A DNA stretch of 64,000 nt from Candidatus Levyibacteriota bacterium (GCA_043823085.1 JBDRBE010000004.1:342780-406779), one strand, 5' to 3'; positions 48,752 through 58,920 are shown, counted from the first letter of the stretch. Notes: generated from the sequence alone by a model not told the origin. Numbers and translations: made by a program.

Positions 48752-48890
48752 TTTGAGGTGGGAAGTGGGATTTTCTTGAACTTGATTTCTTGATAATTTG
48801 ATTTCTAGATATCAAGATTTCAAGACTTCAATTCGTCAGCTGACGAATCAAGATCGAAGACGTCAAGGATATCTAACTTCAAGAATTCCA
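48752..48890. repeat. Intergenic repeat with TTCGTCAGCTGACGAA core
   Basis: Reverse complement of the 42152-42295 type. Confidence 0.85.
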
Positions 48891-48897
48891 AATAATT

Positions 48898-49371
48898 ATG
48901 GACCCGAAAACTGCCCAATTAGATCCTAAACTGAAAGAAGCCTACGAACGCGTTATGGGCACAGCCGTTCCCAAAACGCAAACTCCCCAAGCTCCTCAAA
49001 CTCCCCAACCTCTAACGCCAGTGAAGGAGGCCTCCATTCCTACGGCTAATACCAAAGGAGTTATCATACCCCCTGTCCAAAATCCTTCAGTTGCGCCCGT
49101 TGCTCCAAATACTCCAACACCAGGAATTATTACTAATTCGGGAATAACAACTCCTTCTGTTAAAACTCCGGTTTCTCCATCTATAAATAAAGGAACAAGT
49201 TTTAGCGCAACTGCTGGCAAAGGGGGGTCAGGAGGATTTCCCAGAATTTTAATTTTTCTTTTTCTGCTGATCTTTTTTGTAGGATACGGTATATTTTGGA
49301 TTAAATTCTTTAAACTCTCTGTCCCTTATCTTTCCGACCTTGTCATCCCCGGCCTTGGCAAAGTCTTTTAA
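48898..49371 (+). CDS. Pro/Thr-rich protein with C-terminal TM
   Basis: LDPKLKEAYERVMG N-terminus, disordered linker, TM. Confidence 0.7.
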   Translation: MDPKTAQLDPKLKEAYERVMGTAVPKTQTPQAPQTPQPLTPVKEASIPTANTKGVIIPPVQNPSVAPVAPNTPTPGIITNSGITTPSVKTPVSPSINKGTSFSATAGKGGSGGFPRILIFLFLLIFFVGYGIFWIKFFKLSVPYLSDLVIPGLGKVF

Positions 49372-51046
49372 TTACTTCGTCTATTGTTAACATTTCTGTT
49401 TCGCTTTTAGCTCTTTCTTTGCATTCAATTTTATCACCGGTTTTGCCTGAAATTACTAAACGTATTGGACAACCGATTAAATCGCAGTCGGCGAATTTTT
49501 CCCCTGCCGAAATATCTCTATCGTCATAAAAAACCTCAATCCCCGCATCTTGCAATTTTTCATAAATTTCATCCGCCATTTTGTTGATTGTTGATTGTTG
49601 ATTGTTGATTGTTACGAGGTGTACCAAGTATGGTGCAACCGCTTCCGGCCACTTAATCCCTTTATCATCAGAGTGAACTTCAACAACCGCCGCCATTGTC
49701 CTTGCAATTCCAATTCCATAACAACCCATGTAATATGGTTTTTCTTTTCCGTTTTCGTCTGTAAAAGTGGCGCCTTTCATTTTTGAAGAATAGTGAAATC
49801 CAAGCTGAAAAATATTTCCAACCTCAATCCCCCGTTTTTCTATCAGTTTTTGACCGTTTGGCGCGGCGTATCCTGCTTTTGCAAGCTTGAACTCATAAAA
49901 CTTTTCAGGCTTGGGCAAGTCCCTGCCAAAATTTACATTAATATTGTGAATATTGGTTTTATTCGAACCCATTTCAAAATTCTTTCTTCCTCTCATTGAC
50001 TCATCCATAAAAATTCTGACATCTTTTGGTAAATTCAAAAGCCCGGCATATCCCACTTCTGCTCCTGTTATTTTTCTGACAGTCTCGGCCGACGCAAGCT
50101 TTAAAGAATAAACTTTGGCAACATGCGAGAGCTTAGTTTCATTTATCTCAAAATCTCCTCTGACTGCCGCGGCAATAACTTTTCCATTCTCGTCTTCAAA
50201 GAGAAGTGTTTTTGTGGTTTGTTCAACCGGAATATCAAGAAACTTCGCCAGCTCAAAAACTCCAATAATCCCTTTGCCCTCAACTTCTTCCATCGGCCTC
50301 TCTTCTTCACCGCTTTCTATTTGGTTTAATGAAAGTTTTGCAACGTCTTCATGGACACAATAACTTCCATCCTCTGTTGTCAAATACCTGCTTTCTCCGC
50401 TTTCATGTTCCACCACAAATTCATGACAATATTCCCCCCCGATATAACCGTTATCCGATTCAACAATAATAGTTTTCAACCCCAAACGCTCAAAAATTTT
50501 AGTGTAAGTTTTTTTCATTTTTTCATACTCTTTTTTGAAATCTTCCTCTGTTGTATGAAAAGAATATCCGTCTTTCATCACAAATTCTTTAACTCGCAAA
50601 AGCCCCCCCCGCGGCCGCAGTTCATCCCGAAACTTGGTAGAAAATTGGTAGAGATTAAAAGGCAAATCTTTGTAGCTTATCTGAAATTTACGAACTAAAT
50701 CAACCAGCATTTCCTCTGCTGTCCCACCCAAAACAAATTCCATTTCGTTTCTGTCTTTAACTTTTACAAGTTCAAAACCAACCGAATTTGTGCGGTTTGT
50801 TTCTTTCCATAAAGCAACCGGATGAAGAATTGGTGCTGTGATTTCCTGCGCACCTGCTTTATCCATTTCAACTTTTATAATATCTTGAATTTTCTGGTGG
50901 ACTTTTTGGCCAAGCGGTAAAAAATAATAACGCCCTGCTGTACTTTCGCGGATAAATCCTGCCTTATAAAGAAGTTTATGGGAAGTAATAACCGCATCCT
51001 TTGGCGCTTCCCGAATTGTTCTTCCAAACAGTTTTGAATATCTCAT
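49343..51046 (-). CDS. proS: Prolyl-tRNA synthetase with editing domain
   Basis: FRDELRPRGGLLR.KEF.MKD.YSF, GIEVGNIF, MGCYGIG. Confidence 0.98.
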   Translation of the reverse strand: MRYSKLFGRTIREAPKDAVITSHKLLYKAGFIRESTAGRYYFLPLGQKVHQKIQDIIKVEMDKAGAQEITAPILHPVALWKETNRTNSVGFELVKVKDRNEMEFVLGGTAEEMLVDLVRKFQISYKDLPFNLYQFSTKFRDELRPRGGLLRVKEFVMKDGYSFHTTEEDFKKEYEKMKKTYTKIFERLGLKTIIVESDNGYIGGEYCHEFVVEHESGESRYLTTEDGSYCVHEDVAKLSLNQIESGEEERPMEEVEGKGIIGVFELAKFLDIPVEQTTKTLLFEDENGKVIAAAVRGDFEINETKLSHVAKVYSLKLASAETVRKITGAEVGYAGLLNLPKDVRIFMDESMRGRKNFEMGSNKTNIHNINVNFGRDLPKPEKFYEFKLAKAGYAAPNGQKLIEKRGIEVGNIFQLGFHYSSKMKGATFTDENGKEKPYYMGCYGIGIARTMAAVVEVHSDDKGIKWPEAVAPYLVHLVTINNQQSTINKMADEIYEKLQDAGIEVFYDDRDISAGEKFADCDLIGCPIRLVISGKTGDKIECKERAKSETEMLTIDEVIKRLCQGRG

Positions 51047-51146
51047 AACAAAAGTATAGCACAAATCCGCGATTGTCATTCTGACCTAAACCATCTTATA
51101 GTCCATCTTGACTTCCAGCCCGAAAGGACTATAATAACGGTTAGAT

Positions 51147-52595
51147 ATGACTACTAGCGAACTTGGGCCTCGTTATGAAGCAGATCCTTCAATGTCGCGG
51201 GCAGAAAGAGTTCTTGCCGACGCGCGATCTATTTTAAAAGAACGGAGGGGTTTTAGTAATACTGCTCATTTAGAATGTCTTTACGGTCATAAGTTGCCAA
51301 CTGGAATTTTGCAAAAATGTCCAGAGTGTCCAGATGATGTTTTTCCTGCCAGCCGCTTATCTGTCAAGTATGACTTTCCCGAAAAATTAAATCCAAATGA
51401 GTTAAAAGCCCGTTGGGAATTTAGAAAATTATCACAAAACCCTACTGATACAAGTGGCGTTTGGCGCTTTAGAGAACTTTCTCCTTTCTGCGACGATGCA
51501 GAGAAAGTTGTTACATTGGGCGAGGGAAATACACGTCTGCTAGATGCTCCAACATGTGCGATGTATGTAGGCTATGATAAGGAACATTGCGATAATCTAA
51601 AATTCAAACACCAAGGTGATAATCCTACAAGATCGTTTAAAGACCCAGGCATGACCGCCGGCATAACATATGCGAATATGTTAGACATGGTTGGAATTAT
51701 TGTTGCTTCCACGGGAAATACATCAGCATCAGCCGCAGCTTATGCCAGAAAAGCAGGTATGACTCCCTTTGTTCTTGTGCCAAAAGGCGAAGTCTCAAAA
51801 GCTAAATTGGCTCAAGTCTTAGACTATGGAGCTCATGTTGCTCTTGTCAACGGAGATTTTGACAAATCAATGGCGCTTGTTGAAGAAGTAGCCCCAAAAC
51901 TAGGCATCATGGTTGTTAATTCATCTAATCCTTTCCGCATGGAAGGACAAAAAACAATCGCACCTGAATTGTTGGAACAATTAAATTGGGAAATTCCAGA
52001 TGTAATTGTTGTTCCCGGGGGAAATCTTGGAAATGTGTCATCTCTCTATAAAGGTCTTCGAGAATTAAAAGAACTAGGCTTTATTGATAAATTACCTAGA
52101 CTAGTTGTTGTACAGGTAGAGGGCGCAAATCCGTTGTTTAAGGCATTTGCAGAAAAACATCCTGACGAACTTATCCCAGTCAAAGCAGATACTCTGCTTA
52201 CTGCTGTCCGGATTGGTAATCCTGTTCGTTTCAAATACGCGGTCGAGGCAATAGAAGAAACAGGCGGGTGTGTCGTTGAGGTTTCGGAGCAAGAAGCAGC
52301 TTGGGGCAAAGAAGAAATAGGCATAGCCGGAATTGGATGCGAACCAGCCTCAGCGCTTACTCTGGCAGGTACAAAGAAACTACTTGAACAAGGAAAAATT
52401 ACACAGGAAGAAAAAGCTGTTTTAGTTCTTACAGGAGACGTTCTAAAAGATCCAAACTATTCAGCTAATTTTCATGCAGGCGAATTAAGTTTTCATGACC
52501 AACTTATTTTGCCAAAACGCGAGAATAAGCTAACTGAAATTTCTAATGAGTACGAAATGAAAAGATGGATTAGCACTTGTACAAAAAACACTTAG
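51147..52595 (+). CDS. thrC: Threonine synthase (PLP fold II)
   Basis: LGEGNT, NPTRSFKD, ASTGNTSAS, PGGNLGN, CEPASA. Confidence 0.9.
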   Translation: MTTSELGPRYEADPSMSRAERVLADARSILKERRGFSNTAHLECLYGHKLPTGILQKCPECPDDVFPASRLSVKYDFPEKLNPNELKARWEFRKLSQNPTDTSGVWRFRELSPFCDDAEKVVTLGEGNTRLLDAPTCAMYVGYDKEHCDNLKFKHQGDNPTRSFKDPGMTAGITYANMLDMVGIIVASTGNTSASAAAYARKAGMTPFVLVPKGEVSKAKLAQVLDYGAHVALVNGDFDKSMALVEEVAPKLGIMVVNSSNPFRMEGQKTIAPELLEQLNWEIPDVIVVPGGNLGNVSSLYKGLRELKELGFIDKLPRLVVVQVEGANPLFKAFAEKHPDELIPVKADTLLTAVRIGNPVRFKYAVEAIEETGGCVVEVSEQEAAWGKEEIGIAGIGCEPASALTLAGTKKLLEQGKITQEEKAVLVLTGDVLKDPNYSANFHAGELSFHDQLILPKRENKLTEISNEYEMKRWISTCTKNT

Positions 52596-52604
52596 TTATT
52601 GTTT

Positions 52605-53606
52605 TTACTTCTTCTTCACCGGATGTCTTCCAAATTGCCAGCGCATGGCGGCAACCACTTTGTTACGAAATCCGTTTGGTGATATTTCTTTATCTTTATC
52701 TGAATTATCGCGAACGCAAACTGATGCGTTAAGGACTGGCGTCTCAACACCCATTTTCTTTGCCATTTCAACAGTCCAGTGCCCCTCCCCTTTTGTTTTT
52801 CCAGAACCTCCGCCTGAACCAATGACCGATGAAATATCCGAAAGGTTTTGGTCTTTTTTTAATTCATTTAAAGTCCAGCCAACTAAACGCGATTCTATTA
52901 TTGAACCGTTATTGTAAATTCGAAAGACTTCGCTAAGGTCATATTTAAACGGAGCATATTTTAAAATCGCCGCGCCTTCGCCAATTGCCTCCATCATGCC
53001 ATATTCAATTCCGTTGTGAATTGTCTTGGCAAAATGTCCAGCTCCAATTGGCCCCAAATGCGCGTAGCCGTCTTTTCTGGCAGCAGATTTTAGAATCGGC
53101 TCAATTCTTTTGAAGTCTTCTTTTTGCCCTCCGACCATAATACATGCGCCATTTCTTGCTCCTTCTATTCCTCCGCTTATTCCGCAGTCCATATAATGAA
53201 TTTGTTTTTTTGCTAAAGTTTTTGCACGCCGCAAAGTATGTGTGTAAAGCGAATTTCCTCCGTCAATTATCAAATCGCCAGAGGATAATTTATCCATCAA
53301 CTCGTTTAAAACCGCATCAACGGCCTCTCCAGCGCTAACCATCAGCCAGATTATTCGTGGGGTCTTTAAAGTTTTAACTAATTCTTCTAAGGTTTTTGTT
53401 GTTGTTAAATTCCCACCATTTGAATTATGAATTATGAATTTTGAATTATGAATTTTTTTATTTTTCCATAATTCCTGATTCCTAATTCTTAATTCTTCTA
53501 TCGATTCTTTTGATCGATTCCACGCCACAATTTCCATCCCCTCTTCCAAAAGATGCAAAACCATTGCCTTTCCCATTTTGCCCAAACCAATAAATCCAAT
53601 CTTCAT
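52605..53606 (-). CDS. gnd: 6-phosphogluconate dehydrogenase (short type)
   Basis: GFIGLGKMG, IDGGNS, SGG..GA, HNGIEYGMM, R.QFG.H. Confidence 0.95.
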   Translation of the reverse strand: MKIGFIGLGKMGKAMVLHLLEEGMEIVAWNRSKESIEELRIRNQELWKNKKIHNSKFIIHNSNGGNLTTTKTLEELVKTLKTPRIIWLMVSAGEAVDAVLNELMDKLSSGDLIIDGGNSLYTHTLRRAKTLAKKQIHYMDCGISGGIEGARNGACIMVGGQKEDFKRIEPILKSAARKDGYAHLGPIGAGHFAKTIHNGIEYGMMEAIGEGAAILKYAPFKYDLSEVFRIYNNGSIIESRLVGWTLNELKKDQNLSDISSVIGSGGGSGKTKGEGHWTVEMAKKMGVETPVLNASVCVRDNSDKDKEISPNGFRNKVVAAMRWQFGRHPVKKK

Positions 53607-53665
53607 AATAGAAATTCTTACATTTATAAATAAGAGAGTCAAGTCCTAAATTATTTAAACAAATA

Positions 53666-53699
53666 AACAAAATACTACAGTGCTATGTAGTGCTAAAGT
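53666..53699. repeat. 34-bp direct repeat overlapping the TrpR-like stop codon
   Basis: aacaaaatactacagtgctatgtagtgctaaagt. Confidence 0.9.
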
Positions 53700-54238
53700 T
53701 TAGAACGCAAAAGTTTTTCAATACGCCTATGGAGCTCGTTTTTTTCGTCCAGCTTCTTTAACACATTGCTTATTTTGTCTTTCTGTTTTTGACTCGCACT
53801 TTCTATTACTTTTTCCAAAAGAAGCTCCGGCCAAAAATACAAAGCATGTCTTCTTTTAAATTTATCCCAATCTGAAATATCTGCCCAACTTTTTCCCTTC
53901 TCTATTTCTTGTTTAGGAAGTTTTTTTATTATATTCCTAAAACCATCTCCTCTTTCTGAAAGCCAAACAGCTATCTTCGCAATAGTGGCATAACTTACAT
54001 GCAATTGCCGATTCACTTTTTGATAAGTCAATCCTTTTATCAAAAGTTTTGCTATTCTTAATCTTTTAGATAAAATTTGAACTTCTTTCTTTGTCAATAA
54101 ATCTTGAAGAAATAAAGCAGCCTCGCCGATATTTCCTGTATAAACTAATGCATTAAGTAAATCAAAAAATAAGTCTCTCTGTTCATTTTTTGAAAGCTTT
54201 TCAATTCTTCTTGGTTTTTCAAAAAATGTTTTATTCAT
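53693..54238 (-). CDS. TrpR/YerC-YecD-like HTH protein
   Basis: FLQDLLTKKEVQILSKRLRIAKLLIKGLTYQKVNRQLHVSYATIAKI; ATG 54238. Confidence 0.88.
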   Translation of the reverse strand: MNKTFFEKPRRIEKLSKNEQRDLFFDLLNALVYTGNIGEAALFLQDLLTKKEVQILSKRLRIAKLLIKGLTYQKVNRQLHVSYATIAKIAVWLSERGDGFRNIIKKLPKQEIEKGKSWADISDWDKFKRRHALYFWPELLLEKVIESASQKQKDKISNVLKKLDEKNELHRRIEKLLRSKL

Positions 54239-54248
54239 AAAATGAACT

Positions 54249-54282
54249 AACAAAATACTACAGTGCTATGTAGCGCTAAAGT
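54249..54282. repeat. 34-bp direct repeat upstream of the TrpR-like gene
   Basis: aacaaaatactacagtgctatgtagcgctaaagt (33/34 identical to the other copy). Confidence 0.9.
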
Positions 54283-54352
54283 ATAGACGTAATTAGCCTA
54301 ACATATTAATTATGGAAGAATCAATAAGAAGAATTCGCAAGATAATTGGAGA

Positions 54353-54679
54353 TTATTTGATTACGCTTCCCTCCGGAACTTCTTTGTCGGGAGATAAAAG
54401 AACGCATTTACCATCAACATCAACTGCCATAAGCATCCCCTGACTTTCCAATCCTTTTATAACTTTTTGTTCCATATTCATAATAAAAGTAGATTCTTTT
54501 CCAATTAAAGTTTCAGGCTTATAAAACTCCGCAATGCCAGAAATTACTTGTCTTTTTTCAGCACCGAAGTCAACTTCAAGTTTTAATAATTTATCAGCAC
54601 CTGCTACCTTTTCCGCCGCCAAAACTTTCCCAATTCTTATTTCTAATTTCTCAAAATCTTTAAAACCTACTGTATCCAT
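54353..54679 (-). CDS. Stand-alone tRNA-binding OB domain (MetG C-terminal/Trbp111/CsaA)
   Basis: FKDFEKLEIRIG, ADKLLKLEVDFG, ESQGMLMA. Confidence 0.92.
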   Translation of the reverse strand: MDTVGFKDFEKLEIRIGKVLAAEKVAGADKLLKLEVDFGAEKRQVISGIAEFYKPETLIGKESTFIMNMEQKVIKGLESQGMLMAVDVDGKCVLLSPDKEVPEGSVIK

Positions 54680-56115
54680 TTTCTCCCATCCTTCTGGATT
54701 AATTCATTTGCCTCTTTTGGTCCCCACGTCCCTGATTCATAATTCATAATTCCTGATTCCCGTCTCTTCCATCCTTCCAGAATTTTAGTGATAAACTCCC
54801 ACGAACTGTCAAGCTCGTCAGAGCGGTTAAAAAGCATCTGGTCACCAACAAAAATGTCCAAAAGAACTTTTTCGTATGCATTTGTACCTTTTGTATGAAA
54901 TTCGTCTTCGTAATTAAAATTCATATTTACTGTTCCCAACGACACTTTTGAACCCGGCTTTTTTGCGATAACGCGAAGACTAATTCCTTCATTCGGTTGA
55001 ATTCTGATAGTCAAAACATTTCCGGTCTCTGGACAACCATATTCTTTAAATAAAACATGGCAAGTTTGAATAAAAACTATAGAAATTTCCACAGTGCTTT
55101 TTGGCATTTTCTTCCCTACTCTTGCATAAAACGGCACATTTTTAAATCTTTCCGAGTCAACATATAATTTCATTGCAACAAAGGTTTCGGTATTTGATTT
55201 CGGATCAACATCCTTTTCTTTTAGATAGCCTTCATATTGTCCTCTTGCCACAAACTTATCAACCTCATTAGATTCTATGGAGCGGATTGCTTTAATTGCA
55301 TTTGCCCTAACATCACGCATATCGTCTCTTGTAAAGCTTCTTGGCTGTTCCATGGCAACTGCCGCTACCATTTGCATAATGTGATTTTGACCCATGTCCC
55401 TTAACGTCCCAACTCCGTCAAAAAACTTTCCTCTTCTTTCTATTCCCTTTTCTTCTGCAAGTGTGATTTGCACATGATCAATAAAATTTTTGTTCCAGAC
55501 CGGTTCAAAAATTCCGTTGGCAAATCTAAAAGCAATCATGTTCTGCACCGTCTCTTTTCCTAAATAATGATCAACCCTAAAAATCTGTCTTTCTTCAAAG
55601 ATCTCCGAAAGCCTTTTATCAAGCGCTCTCGCAGTCTCTAGGTCTTTACCAAAGGGTTTTTCAATAATAATTTTTGTCCACTTATTGCTTCCCTGTCCGC
55701 ACCCTTCGGAAAGTTTTGAATGATTAAGATGCTCTAAAATTTCCGGATAATTGGCTGGCGGCGTTGCCAAATAAAAAAGGCGCGTAACACAAGCGCCAAT
55801 TTCTTTATCAAATCCTTCCAGTTTTTTAATTAATTCTTCGTAATCTTCCTTTTCCTCAAATTTTCCTTGTTGGTAAAAAATATTTTTTGAAAACGCGTCC
55901 CAATCACTCTGACGATATGTATTATTAGAGTGTAAAAATTCTTTTAGAAGACTATGAAACTCGCTGTTTGTGAACTCTCTTCTTGCAAAACCAATGAGAT
56001 AAAATTTTTCCGGTAATTTTTTTTCTTGAAAGAGTTTAAAAAGAGAAGGAAGAAGTTTAGTCCGCATCAAATCCCCTGTTGCCCCAAAAATAATCATTGC
56101 AAATGGAGAATTCAT
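54667..56115 (-). CDS. zwf: Glucose-6-phosphate 1-dehydrogenase
   Basis: FGATGDL, IEKPFG, RVDHYLGKETVQN, RIQPNEG. Confidence 0.97.
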   Translation of the reverse strand: MNSPFAMIIFGATGDLMRTKLLPSLFKLFQEKKLPEKFYLIGFARREFTNSEFHSLLKEFLHSNNTYRQSDWDAFSKNIFYQQGKFEEKEDYEELIKKLEGFDKEIGACVTRLFYLATPPANYPEILEHLNHSKLSEGCGQGSNKWTKIIIEKPFGKDLETARALDKRLSEIFEERQIFRVDHYLGKETVQNMIAFRFANGIFEPVWNKNFIDHVQITLAEEKGIERRGKFFDGVGTLRDMGQNHIMQMVAAVAMEQPRSFTRDDMRDVRANAIKAIRSIESNEVDKFVARGQYEGYLKEKDVDPKSNTETFVAMKLYVDSERFKNVPFYARVGKKMPKSTVEISIVFIQTCHVLFKEYGCPETGNVLTIRIQPNEGISLRVIAKKPGSKVSLGTVNMNFNYEDEFHTKGTNAYEKVLLDIFVGDQMLFNRSDELDSSWEFITKILEGWKRRESGIMNYESGTWGPKEANELIQKDGRKWIQ

Positions 56116-56125
56116 TAAAATTATT

Positions 56126-56860
56126 CTACACCTTTTGGTCGGTTATTAAAAGCGTTTTTTTGGAGATTTCGGGCTTCAAATAAAAACGGGATGGAATTTC
56201 TTCAAGAGAACCTTGTTTGAACATCAAGCTCAACGCATTTTTCTTTGAAGAACCAAATACAAAAATAATCAAAAAATCAAACATTTCCATTGCTTTAAAA
56301 GTTAAAGTAATCCTTTTTCCAAACCCGGTTTGGAAAGTATTTCCGTCATCAAAACATGAAACAAATAAATTTTCCTGATCTTTTCCAAAAAGAGGATTTA
56401 CGAAATTATCTTTGTTTGGCGCAATCCCCGCAGTGTGACCATCATTCCCCATTCCAAAAATCCCTACACTCTTTGGAAATTTGGAAAGCAGTAAGCGGAC
56501 AGTTTCGTCATAATCTTTGACAGTTTTTTCAAAATCTTTATTCTCTAAAATTGGATAAAACCTAACGTTTGAACTTTGGAGATAAGAAACAAAACCTGTT
56601 TCTCTAATCATTTTTTCATTGCTGTCGGGATGATTTATTTCTCCATAACGTTCATCAACCAAAGCAACTGCGCCTGGTTTTAAAATTTTTTCTCTTGCAA
56701 TTTCTTCGTATAAAGCTTTTGGGGTTGAACCGCCGGACAGAAAAAGAACAGTTTTTTTATCAATAACTCCATAAAGAATTTCTTTGGCAGATTGCAGTTC
56801 TTGTTGGATATTATCTGCGGTTAAAATAGAAACGCCTTCTTTTTTCGCAAATTCATCCAT
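56126..56860 (-). CDS. pgl: 6-phosphogluconolactonase
   Basis: LSGGSTP, VDER, GMGNDGHTAG, RITLT. Confidence 0.9.
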   Translation of the reverse strand: MDEFAKKEGVSILTADNIQQELQSAKEILYGVIDKKTVLFLSGGSTPKALYEEIAREKILKPGAVALVDERYGEINHPDSNEKMIRETGFVSYLQSSNVRFYPILENKDFEKTVKDYDETVRLLLSKFPKSVGIFGMGNDGHTAGIAPNKDNFVNPLFGKDQENLFVSCFDDGNTFQTGFGKRITLTFKAMEMFDFLIIFVFGSSKKNALSLMFKQGSLEEIPSRFYLKPEISKKTLLITDQKV

Positions 56861-56870
56861 ATTCTCTCCA

Positions 56871-56945
56871 TGTCATGCTGAACTTGTTTCAGCATCTCGA
56901 TTTATTCACTGTGCAATGAGATTCCGAAATAAATTCGGAATGACA
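56871..56945. repeat. Paired TGTCAT...ATGACA palindromic element
   Basis: tgtcatgctgaacttgtttcagcatctc..gagattccgaaataaattcggaatgaca; relatives in folA and the M24 peptidase. Confidence 0.85.
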
Positions 56946-56962
56946 CTACATGATTTTTTTAA

Positions 56963-58156
56963 TTATGGACCAAAAATATTTTTGCCGGAAATTAATCTGG
57001 TTAAATCATGAAAAGTTATTAAGGCAATTAAAGTCAAAAGTAATGCCATACCAATCGCGTGAGAGTAGCTTTCGAATTTGGCCGGAACTCTTCGCCGAGT
57101 TGCTACTTCTATCAGAATAAAAAACAATCTTCCACCGTCCAAAGCCGGAATTGGCAAGATATTAAAAAAAGCAAGCGAAATCGACAATATTCCGGCGAGA
57201 TTTAGAACCTGTAAAATTTTTTCTTTAAGATCGGGTATTTTAACAATATTTCCAACCAAAGAGTATATTCCTACCGGACCGGCAACGCTTTGGGAAATAG
57301 GCTCGGCGGTTTTTTCTTTTATCGAAATACCAATTAGCTGTCCCATGATGTTGAAATTGTAAGCCAGAAGATTTAATGGATGAGTAAATCCGGAAAATAT
57401 TTTTTGAGGAACAGTTTTATAATCTAAAACTACCATTGAAACCGGAAAAAAACTAATTCCGATTGCTCCCTCGTTTTTGGGAGGATTTATTCTTGGTGTA
57501 ATTTTTGCAAAATAATTTTTATTATTTTTTGCATCCTGCCATGCAACTGTAATTTCTTTTCCTTTATTTTTACTAATAATTTCGGCAAAATAATTCACAT
57601 CATTAACTTTTTGTCCATTTATAGAAAGAATCTTTGAAAAAGATTTAATTCCCGCAATTTCTGCCGGCGAGTTTTTGGCAACATCGGCAATAATTATATC
57701 CGAAGAGTTAGTTTGAGAAACGGCAAAAAATTTATGATCGCCCAAAAGCGGGAGCTGGGTTTTAAAATCGGAAATAAATAAAAATGCGTAGAAAATAACT
57801 GCGGCAAGAACTGTATTCATAAAAACGCCGGCCACTACAATCACCGCTCTTTGTCCGACCGGTCTTGCAAAAAACGCACGGTCTTTATTCTTAATTCTTA
57901 ATTCCTGATTTTTAATTCCCGGCCTGCCGCTACCGGCCTCATCCTCGCCATAAAGTTTTACAAATCCGCCAATCGGCAGCCAATTAATTGAATAAATAGT
58001 CTCGCCCTTTTTTATGCCAAACGCTCTTGGAGGAAGTCCAAACCCAAATTCTTCAACTTTTATCCCTAATTTTTTTGCTACAAAAAAATGCCCAAACTCG
58101 TGAATCAACACTAAAATCGAGAGAATAACCAAAAAAACAACGGCCGTAATTATCAT
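56963..58156 (-). CDS. rseP: Site-2 zinc metalloprotease with PDZ
   Basis: HEFGH, PIGGFVK, NILPIPALDGG. Confidence 0.93.
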   Translation of the reverse strand: MIITAVVFLVILSILVLIHEFGHFFVAKKLGIKVEEFGFGLPPRAFGIKKGETIYSINWLPIGGFVKLYGEDEAGSGRPGIKNQELRIKNKDRAFFARPVGQRAVIVVAGVFMNTVLAAVIFYAFLFISDFKTQLPLLGDHKFFAVSQTNSSDIIIADVAKNSPAEIAGIKSFSKILSINGQKVNDVNYFAEIISKNKGKEITVAWQDAKNNKNYFAKITPRINPPKNEGAIGISFFPVSMVVLDYKTVPQKIFSGFTHPLNLLAYNFNIMGQLIGISIKEKTAEPISQSVAGPVGIYSLVGNIVKIPDLKEKILQVLNLAGILSISLAFFNILPIPALDGGRLFFILIEVATRRRVPAKFESYSHAIGMALLLTLIALITFHDLTRLISGKNIFGP

Positions 58157-58174
58157 AAATTTTGACTTATATAT

Positions 58175-58310
58175 CGCGGGGAGCCTTTTCATGAGGTGAC
58201 GTCTTCACTAGAGTCGCCGAAGGCGACCGTATCCCGAGTCCCGCCGATGAGGCGGGACGGAGGGACGCTTGCGTTTGAAGACTCGCCGAACTGGAAAGGC
58301 GACCTAAGCG
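58175..58310. repeat. GC-rich nested multi-hairpin element
   Basis: gtcgcc-gaa-ggcgac and gtcccgcc-gatga-ggcgggac inside an outer gtcttca/tgaagac and ccttttc/gaaagg stem. Confidence 0.65.
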
Positions 58311-58350
58311 ATATTCCCTGAACAAGAAAACTTTTATACCAAAGTAAAAA

Positions 58351-58914
58351 TTATATCTGCATTAACTCTTCTTCTTTTTTCTTTCCCAAATTTTCAATTT
58401 CTAAAATTACCGAATCGATTTCTCTTTGAACTTCTTTTTCCAAACGAAGCTGTTCGTCTTCGGAAATTGTTTTATCGTTATAATGTTTTTTTATTTCATT
58501 CATTGCTTCATGCCGCACTTGACGCGCCTGAATTTTTCCGCCTTCCAATTTTTGTTTCATCAAATGAATCAGCTGTTGACGCCTTTCCTCTGATAATGCC
58601 GGTATGGAAATTCTAATCACTACTCCATCAATCACAGGAGTCAGTCCGACATTTGCTTCCTGAATTCCTTTTTGGATTTCACCAATTATTGAATTGTCAA
58701 AAGGGGTAATAACTAGAGTTTGATTATCCGAAGCAGCAATTGTGGCAAGTTCTAAAACTTTTAATTTTTGCGCTCCTCCGTAAGCGTTAATAGAAATATG
58801 TTCAACCAACGATGGCGCGGCGCGGCCGGTTCTAACCGTCGCCAAATCATTTTTCAAAATCTCCAAAACTTTCTGAATTCTCTGTTTCGTTTCTGCTGTA
58901 AAATCCGGATTCAT
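58351..58914 (-). CDS. frr: Ribosome recycling factor
   Basis: VRTGRA, IPALSEERR, KEEELM. Confidence 0.96.
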   Translation of the reverse strand: MNPDFTAETKQRIQKVLEILKNDLATVRTGRAAPSLVEHISINAYGGAQKLKVLELATIAASDNQTLVITPFDNSIIGEIQKGIQEANVGLTPVIDGVVIRISIPALSEERRQQLIHLMKQKLEGGKIQARQVRHEAMNEIKKHYNDKTISEDEQLRLEKEVQREIDSVILEIENLGKKKEEELMQI

Positions 58915-58920
58915 AAACTA

